From NCBI GenBank assembly GCA_000165425.1, contig CT867995.1:62001-126000 (forward strand): a DNA stretch of 64,000 nucleotides. Direction: 5' to 3'. Shown piece after piece: positions 54,021 to 64,000 of this stretch. The position numbers and the translations under genes are program-made. The notes beneath the pieces were generated by a model. The model did not search any database. It worked only from the letters and a program-made list of their open reading frames with translations, and was not told the origin of the DNA. Numbering within the stretch: position 1 is the stretch's first letter; each line of letters starts with the position of its first letter. Source of the DNA: Paramecium tetraurelia. Taxonomy: Eukaryota.

Positions 54021-54241
54021 TATTAATGAGAATATAAGAGAGAACTTATAATTCTATATTTTAATTTTGCAATTATTGGAGAATAAGTGATATATTGTTA
54101 ACAGATATAGTTTCAACATTGATGAAGGTTCTGATTTAGTCTGGATTCAACAAAGGATTTGTGGAAGAATATTGGCGAGTGAAAATTTATGGAAATTGAA
54201 TTGGTCTAATTTATTTTTGTTTTTTTTAATAATTAATTTAA

Positions 54242-56044
<1,803 letters not shown>

Positions 56045-56094
56045 TGAATGTTTACTTTATTAATAATTAATTTATAAATATTCTGGAAGCTTAA

Positions 56095-56625
56095 ATGGAC
56101 AATTCAAAGAAGGAGCATTCGTATACTTATTGGGTTAAAAATGATCCCAATCATCCTAAAATTGATTGTCAACCTAAAAAGGTAGAAGATCCCTCTTAAG
56201 TTTAATAACCTTAAACAATCGGATCACAATGGAATGTCTCAGGAACTTGGGAAGAGAAGAAAGTCCCCATGAGTGAGATCAAAAAATCATTAGAGAACAT
56301 TATTGGAGTATTATAGCTATTTAAGGTTTTTAGATGAAAATTGGGTAAACCAAGATTTCAGCCGTAGAGTCAGTTGAAGGAGAAGCTCATTTATACTTGA
56401 GTCGAGGAAAAAAGAGAATGGGTTATCATCTCAAAATCACATATGCTCTAGAAGACGATGGATAAATCAAATATACAGACTTTACAGACGATGGAGATAG
56501 AGATGTAATAAAACAATATAATAATCAAGTATGTACTAGAAGATGTCAATGATGAAACAGTCAAACATCAAATTGAAGAATTGCATGATCAAACAAAGCA
56601 GTTTGTAGAAGTGTTTAAAAATTGA
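56095..56625 (+). CDS. Activator of Hsp90 ATPase, N-terminal-domain-only (Aha1_N/Hch1-like)
   Basis: SYTYWV, GSQWNVSGTWEEK, VEGEAHLYLSRGKKRMGY motifs; two tiny introns. Confidence 0.8.
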
Positions 56626-57518
56626 TATTGGTCTATATATTTTTAAAGTTATTTTACCTGTTTAATAGTAATCAATTACAAAAATAATTTAATAAGTTTA
56701 ATAACAAATACCACCTATACATCATTAAGATCTAAATATGCTTTCTATATCAATAAATTTAGCAAACTTAACAGGTATCCAATATCCCTTTTCAATTTGT
56801 AACTCTCCATTATCACTGACCGTATAATTTACATAATAAATCCAATATTATTTCACCATTTTAATTTATCTCAGCCTCAACATAAATTTTGCCATACATC
56901 GATAATTCCATAATGTTATAGAGTTCCTATAATTGTTCTCTAAGTACTTCTTCTATGAGAATCCTATTTACAACACATGTTTTAGGTTAGTAGATATTTC
57001 AATCTTTACCTCCCATCCTAAAGTTGTTACCAAATTTTACGACCTCTTAAGTACTTTATAGATTTTCCATGTTCAAGATCCATCTTCACCTTCACATACT
57101 ATTTATTTTTGCTTACTTACTTTGATTAATATCGAATTAAAGCCTATACAAATTAATATTTTAGTTAATTTAATTATATTAAGGGATTTTACCTATTATC
57201 TTTGAATGCTCATAGTTATCTTTAATAAAGAACACTTTATATTCTTGATTTCTATTCCTTGATAAATATATTTTGATTAACAAAAACATTCAAATCAAAA
57301 GGAATTAATTCTAAATGCCCTGATAACATTAACTGTAAATCAGAATAATGTAATTCTAAGGCAAATGATATAAATAAGATAGAGATGCAAAGCACGGAAG
57401 ATTTTCTAATTAATAATTTTTATATAAGTTTATGGTGATTCATGAATATCTTTATTTATAAATAGTAATTGATACCTTAAAAGAATAAGCCCTATTATAT
57501 GGCTTTCAAAGTACAACA

Positions 57519-57755
57519 TCATATTGTGACTATATTGTGCTTAATGCAAATTGAATTTGATTGATTTAGGATTGAGTCCATTTAGGAATCTTTTTATTTG
57601 AGATGGTGATTTTGTGGTGTTGTGTCGATCAAGTAAGTCCAATATGGAGGAGGAGGAAGGATGGATGACCAAAAGGATTTGGAATGAAATGGATATTGAA
57701 TTTAGTGGGAGGGAAGGAGAGAGTCTAATGGATATTTTGGATATCTAGAATACAT
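57519..57755 (-). CDS. Small Pro-rich hypothetical protein
   Basis: MYSRYPKYPLDSLLPSH..ILPPPPYWTY; 78 open codons (possibly extended by an intron); GC above the flanking DNA. Confidence 0.4.
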
Positions 57756-57776
57756 AAAATAAAATAATTAAAACAC

Positions 57777-60510
57777 ATGTCGCAAGAATAGCCTGTGGAT
57801 CTTTAAATCCTAAACAAAGTTCGCCATCTGATACCTGAAAGTTTTAAGATAGAGAGATAAAAGAAATGGGAAGTGTTGAAAAGAAAGGGGTATTGCTTTG
57901 CCAATAACCGCATATTATAGTTTAGTGTAAAGAATACTGCTGAAGTCATCCAATAGATTTAAATTGGAGCAGACAGCCAAGTACGATGAGTTCTGCGATG
58001 CTTTGGATTAAGCCACTTATGGTAACAATATGGACGTGATTAAACAATTCGAGAACTTTAAGGAGAGCATCAAGCCCAAGATCAAAGCCGGCTAGTAATT
58101 TGGGACTATAAATGGAGTGGAAAGTTTGGATTTGAACACTTTCGAGACAAAGAAAGGTAGCTTCAAAACTAAGCAAGGGTCAACAGATTTAATTGTTTTT
58201 TGGGTAAAAATGTCAACATTATTGATTAGTCATCTGAAAATGAGAAGTCAACAAGAAGTTTGAATGAACTCAATAATTGGTTAAGTTTGAATTAAAATCT
58301 GAAATTGCAAATAAACCCCATAGCTGTATCTTTGGATGATGATGCCAATAATTTCAAGAATCATCTTAAGAACAATCAATTGACTCATTTTCAACATTAT
58401 CGCTATTCTCTGGGTTGGGATTCTTCGAATGCTTTTCAAAGAGCCATGGAATTGAATTACCTTCCAAAGATTGCAGTAGTAGGAAAGGAGAACGAAGTGA
58501 TTGAAGTGACTCGTAAGGCAAGGGAAGTAGAGAATATCATTAAGACTTATTGGGAAGCAGGATCAGAAAGTGAGGATGATGGAAAATACAGAGAACTTCT
58601 TGAGTAATAGACCTTCAGATTCATCAAGAAGGCATTGACTCAATAAATTGCAGATCTTTTGTCTTAAAATAAAAGTTTTGCTAAAAGTGACTTCATCAGA
58701 CTATCTTTAACTAAATGCTATAAGATTACTTAAGATGGTTCTAAAGAAATTGTAGAGAGAAGTCATTTAAAAGTATCTTATGAGGTTTCAGTGTAATCTA
58801 CCTAAGCTATTAAATTGTTCTTAAATAATGTGACAGCTGTATTAGGAAAAGACAATGTTCAGGTGAAGAGATCCATAGTTAAGGATCCAACAGGAATGTT
58901 AGACATGATTACAAGTGGATTTTAGGATGTTCTTAAGAAAAATTACAAAGTTATCTAAGAATATACTATAAGATCTGAATATTTCAATTACGTTCATGAT
59001 AAGGAAGAATTCCAACCTGATGTCAAAGTAGTATCAAAGAAAGCAATTCAGAATCTTACATTTAAGGAATATCAGGCTATCTATGCTTAGGTGTTGCCTA
59101 TTTTCAAGAAATATCAATAAGAAATAGATGATAGTGATGATGATTCTGATAATGACGAGGAGTAGGAGGAAGACAAGAGATTGATTTTCGATAGAGTCAA
59201 TGAATTGACAGATTGTTTGAAATCTGGTTTGGAATTGAGTTTGGGATAGCCATTCCAAACAATACAAAATTATCATCCATTTGGTAAAGATCAAGTGGTT
59301 GACATTGAACATAAAGATGATTAGGTTTTGGTTGTGATGTATTGGGATGATAATCAGTAATGCAATAGATAGTTTACTTAAATCCTCAAGGTGTTGTTAG
59401 TTAACGAGGAGAAATTTAAGAACAAAGTTAGATTGGTTGCTTTGAGTAAACATAAGTAGGAAGCTTATGAACTCTTCTTCTTGAAGAATCAAGGCATCGA
59501 AGAGGTGGTTGAATTCTATTTCCCAAGAGAAGATAACCAAGCTGATCAGGTTTAATACAATGTGAAATCATTCCCACATTTCATTGTAGTAGACAAAGTT
59601 GGGTCAATCAGAATTCAATCATAGGTTGAAGATATAGAATCTATCATCACATCCTATATTGAAGAATCAATTGACAGTCTAAATTAGAAGGGACCATTGA
59701 ATGATGACGAATATAGTGAGATCACTCAATTCTTGTATTCAGATGCCAGAAAGAAATTGTCACAACTCAATAACAAACGATAATTCTCACTTAGTTTCAT
59801 CTTCAAAGAAATCGATCAAGGAGAGAAAGTAGTTAGATTTGCTCCCATCATTGAGTACACAATTAGAGAAGGCAAATAGAAGTATCTTGATGCATTCCTT
59901 GCTTTATTGAATAAGGTTGTTCCCTTATCCAATTTCTAAATCAACCAAACTGTTCAAAGAACATTGAATCTGTTGTTCCCTGGAAAGGCATGCAAACTAT
60001 GTCAAAATGAACTCAACGATCAAACCCAATAATATTACAGTCCATTCTCTGATGAATTCTATTGCGTCAAATGTGCAGAGGTCTTCGATCCTAAAGCTGC
60101 TGGATATAAGAAATTCAGAGTTCAAGACAATTTGGTCTTCTTCAATGCTCCCCTTGTTGACAAGTCAGTTCTAAATGATATTGATGTGTATAGAGTGGGA
60201 AACAACCAAAAGGTCAAAAGAGGAGATCAATATACTCAAAATCATGCCTTGGATTGCAATGGATGTGACGGAGATGTTAAAGGCTTCAGATACATCGTTT
60301 TGAATTGTTTACCAGGAAAAGTGACTGATTTAGTAAGACTATTGAATTTATGGTTAGGCTTTGGTAGATTTCTGTTAGGATTGCTTCAATGAAATCAGAA
60401 CTGGAGGACCTAGACTTGAGAAAATCGTGAAGAGAACCAAGATTTATGGCTACAATCCTTCTATGCTGATGTTGAGAGTGCCATTTTATATGGGATATTA
60501 TGATTATTGA
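57777..60510 (+). CDS. Nucleoredoxin-like protein: two degenerate TlpA-type thioredoxin folds plus C-terminal ZZ/C1-like zinc fingers
   Basis: LIVFWSSENEKS..IAVSLDD..LPKIAVVGK; VVMYWDDNQQC..LVALS..VKSFPHFIVVDKVG; CKLC..YCVKC and CNGCDG..RY..LNC..DFCQDC. Confidence 0.75.
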
Positions 60511-60546
60511 GTGGTATGATTCATTACAAAAAAATTACAATCTTAA

Positions 60547-61729
60547 TCATGAAAACTCTGAATCCTAATCATCATCCTCCTATTCTCGTTTGCCTGTCTT
60601 CTTGTCTTGAAATACCTATACTTAATTATTCAGTCATTTACTATGTAGAATCCCAATAGCCATTACAAAATGAAGAACAAGATACAAAACACAAACAAAG
60701 TTATCTTTCTAGGATCAGAGTATATCCAAATCCATAATGGAAAAAAAACAAACTATTAAATAATCTCCTTCTTATCTGATTGTTGTTTGATAGTTATCTT
60801 GCTATCCATGTAACTTAAGGCTGAACTCACTAATATCAAAATCACAAATACTATAACTGGATAGGTCTTGTCAATATAAATATTTGGTTACAATATTCTT
60901 GTGATTGTTTTCCGTCTCATATTGCTATGAAAAGGTCTCCTCGAAGAATCCCTTAAAATTGCCTAAAGTGCCTTGACATTTCTTATTATTAACATTATTT
61001 TACAGTTTCAGTATCGTCACAAGGTATAAAGTCCACAATCACCAGAACAACACACCAAATCAAGAACTGGACTATACCTGTGTAGGCAATATATTTGGCA
61101 TGCTGAAACACATATCTAAAATTTATTTAGAATTCTCTTTTACTAACACATAAACTCTTCCTTCAATTTGATTGCGTAAATGTTGGTCCCTATCTGAAGC
61201 AGAGTAGCTATCAACCCTATGTAACACTCGTGATTCCCCTCAGTATCCAAAGCAAGGGAGAAAATACCTGTCAATAGAACAACACCCGCATATATTATTT
61301 TTATCTTATCATGCTTATTCGTGTAGATGGTGTAGAATACAAACACAATCCCTTAACACTACTTTAATCATTTTAACTTACTATTATGAACAATCCAAAG
61401 TTCATATAGAATAATTCAATACATATCAGAAATATGTCCGCTGCTTGTATTGATGCATTTATCGCGTATAGCTTGAATGGTATATATGTTTATTTGTGCT
61501 CACTAAGCTCTTTTTCGAGTAACTACTCCCTCTCTTCTTCGTCGATTGACCCCTCATTTATCAAAAACACAAGTGATAAAATCTTCCCAAAAAACAATAA
61601 CCACACCCATTCAAACAGATAGAACATCCCATTGTACTCGTACAAGCCTATCATTAATAAGCTCATGGCCAAAAAGCTCTTAATAAATAAATTTCAATAC
61701 ATGACACCATATAAGAGTAAAAAAAACAT
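60547..61729 (-). CDS. Multi-pass membrane protein, possibly DMT/SLC35-like transporter
   Basis: Many hydrophobic segments (e.g. IIYAGVVLLTGIFSLAL; YIGLIATLLQIGTNIY..EEFM), acidic C-terminal tail, several tiny introns. Start codon/first exon uncertain. Confidence 0.6.
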
Positions 61730-61788
61730 TTCTTTTTTTATTATTTATAATCCCATAAATATATTAATAAAATATTCAAAAATTAAAC

Positions 61789-64000
61789 TCAAGAAAACAA
61801 AAATAATAATTATGGAATGAGATATTAATCTGTAGCCTCTATAATCCATATGTTTTTCTCTACCATCACCACTTTTATGTACTCATTATTCCCATACGCA
61901 GCCCCTATTTAGTACCAATCCATTACCATAATAGTCATTCACCACTGCAAATCGAAGTTTCTTTAACGTTTCCAACCCAACCTACAATCTAAAAGGCTGG
62001 CTTTTATGAAACTGAGCATCCTTCACCTTAAGCTGCATAATCTCTGGCCTCAAATCAAAAAAATCTATAAAATTAAACTGGTTTGTTGGTAACAACACAT
62101 TGAAGAACATATTCTCAATCTGTATCTTACAAATTATTGGATCTTTGCATTCATCAACCATTATTAAGTACTGCAATTCTCTTTCCAGAACCTTTCTATT
62201 GTCCTATTTTATCCAAAATTTCGTTGCTGATTGTAATAAATTCATAATTACATCTATCCCCTTGAAACTTGATGTTAATGGGCCAATTCTGCTCTGTCTT
62301 ATTGAAAATAAACAATGATATTTTTAGATAATTTTTACCATTTAAGACTTGATACTAAAACCCAAATGTACAATACACTCTAATTAATTCGTTCTCAAAT
62401 AAATTGCCCTACCCCGATAAGCAAGTATTCTTCCAAATATCAATCATTTGTAGTGAATATCCAGATCTACTTAATTTTTGGTACAGGTCAAGTGATTGAG
62501 AATTCAATTAATAGCCTGAAGAATCATTTTGTTTTTGTTAGTATTTTTACTGCTCAGAATTTCTAATCTCTTTGAATTACACTTAACTTGACCCCTTATT
62601 CGTCTAATCTTATTCCTAATCAGTTCCATTTCCAAAAGTTAATTTCATTCCGTTTGGTTTCTAATTGAACTAATCCTAATACTATTCTATATTATTTGAA
62701 CTCCCTTCCAATTTTGTAGGTGATTAGTAATAATCTTAAGAAAAATAATTTTAATGTTATTTTGGAATATTTTGCTCAAATTGCTAATAATCAGTTTCTA
62801 ATTAATGAGGGTTATTTTGTTTTATTGGTTTAAATGAGTTTTGTTAGGGTTGTTCCTAAAAGTATTAATAATCCTATTTTTATTATTATTAATTCAATTG
62901 AAATTGTTAGTCATATTGCTATTATTGAAATTAATTTTACTGATTGAAGGTATCATATTCATTATATTAATTATGTTATGGCTATGAAGTGCCTTTCAAT
63001 TTATCAACTTATTTAGAATTATCTTACATAATTTATTATTCATGTTATCTTTATAAATCCGACTAGGCTTGATAATTAATTTGAGATACAACTTGTTATT
63101 TGACCTGAATTTAAGTGTGATCGTTCAATCTGGCAACATCTTGAGTGTCATCTTGACCAATTTATCTGGTAGAGGAAAGAGGTTATATCTTTGATTTTTG
63201 ATAGGCATCAGAAGGAGTGTAATTTTTTTTTGTAATTTTGCTAGCCTCTGTTAAAACTGCATGTTGAAATTCCAAGAATCCATTCTTAGTTTTGTTTCTT
63301 TCAAAATGATTAAACTTCAAATTAAAAATCTTTATGAAGTTGCACAATATTTCAATCTAGTCTCTTTGTTATTGAGTCAATTAGTCGGATAATTCATATT
63401 CCAATTATTGTAATTTGGCATCACTCTCTTTAAAAGTATCACAATAGAACTGCAACACTAAAATCATATTTTTATGTACTGTCTTTTGCACCATCTGGAT
63501 TACAATTTTAATCGTAAAGCATATCCCAAATAGTTTCAATTTAATCAGTCATTTCGAGTTACAATTCCTCCAATTATTTGATGCCACTTTGCCTACTCGG
63601 TTCTATCTACTATACTTGATTCCTTTTAACAGGTTAGCTCTCTTCAGCAGCCTCTTCAATTTCATTAACATTCGCTGTTAATTCTAGGTTATGTTTAGGA
63701 AAGATAATTCCTTATTGAATCAATCTGTCATACAGTATTTTAAACTTAGTAGGTTTGTTGCTTGAAGTGGCAGGATATTTTTCAGCCAAGCATTTGATTA
63801 GTTCCAATATCAAATTGAAGTATTTAATAGCAATTTATGGAACTAACAAGTTAATAGCAATGTCAATTACTATCATTTTCAAATCTATAAATGCCTTTGT
63901 ATTCATCATCAGAACCAGGTTGAAACATGACTACCTCCTATAAATAATTCAAAAGGGAGTTATTGTTAGCTAATTTATTTGTCACAGAACCAATTGGATT
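61789..64000 (-). CDS. VHS-like + helical (GAT-like) + Q-rich linker + alpha-adaptin appendage-like protein (5' end outside window)
   Basis: LILELIKCLAEKY..KFKILYDRLIQQGIIFP (VHS end). The frame is continuous to WKNTCLSGQGNLFENELIRV..LKISLFIFNKT..LPTNQFNF (alpha-ear). TGA 61789-61791. Confidence 0.7.

Noticed and set aside
61860..61930. Apparent in-frame TGA readthrough/selenocysteine (RGCVWEQ*VHKSG...) on the minus strand
   Set aside because: A canonical 22-nt intron (gtaatggattggtactaaatag) shifts the frame and gives a clean ending at TGA 61789-61791.

Overview
This is AT-rich, very gene-dense eukaryotic DNA from a ciliate macronuclear genome, almost certainly Paramecium (P. aurelia/tetraurelia-like). 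Genes read through only with translation table 6 (TAA/TAG = Gln, TGA = sole stop) and are interrupted by tiny 21-32 nt GT...AG introns. The supplied standard-code ORF track therefore shows only fragments and shadow ORFs. Manual re-translation gives about 35 genes. Recognisable ones are SPEF2, a stefin-type cystatin, PIG-Y, an importin-beta-like protein, an NDR kinase, U2AF35, a BAP31-like protein, farnesyltransferase beta, LIN9, a Trf4-like nucleotidyltransferase, a Vps11 C-terminal half, a Polo-like kinase, an Aha1-N protein and a Cys-rich surface protein. There are also several decayed genes, including a PAF-acetylhydrolase pseudogene. The most unusual architectures are: (1) an F-box fused to a stand-alone dynein stalk/microtubule-binding-like domain; (2) a GGA-like VHS + helical + alpha-adaptin-ear protein; (3) a Rab-like pseudo-GTPase ending in a CaaX-like box; (4) an EF-hand pseudokinase (HRG/DCG); (5) a signal-peptide RNI-type LRR protein with 8 N-x-T sequons; (6) a redox-dead nucleoredoxin-like protein; (7) a U2AF35 with Gln at the S34-equivalent position; (8) head-to-head genes whose ATGs are only 11 nt apart. 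Gene spans include introns. Domain calls come from motif recognition by eye, not database searches. No rRNA, tRNA, CRISPR, telomere or transposon was recognised.
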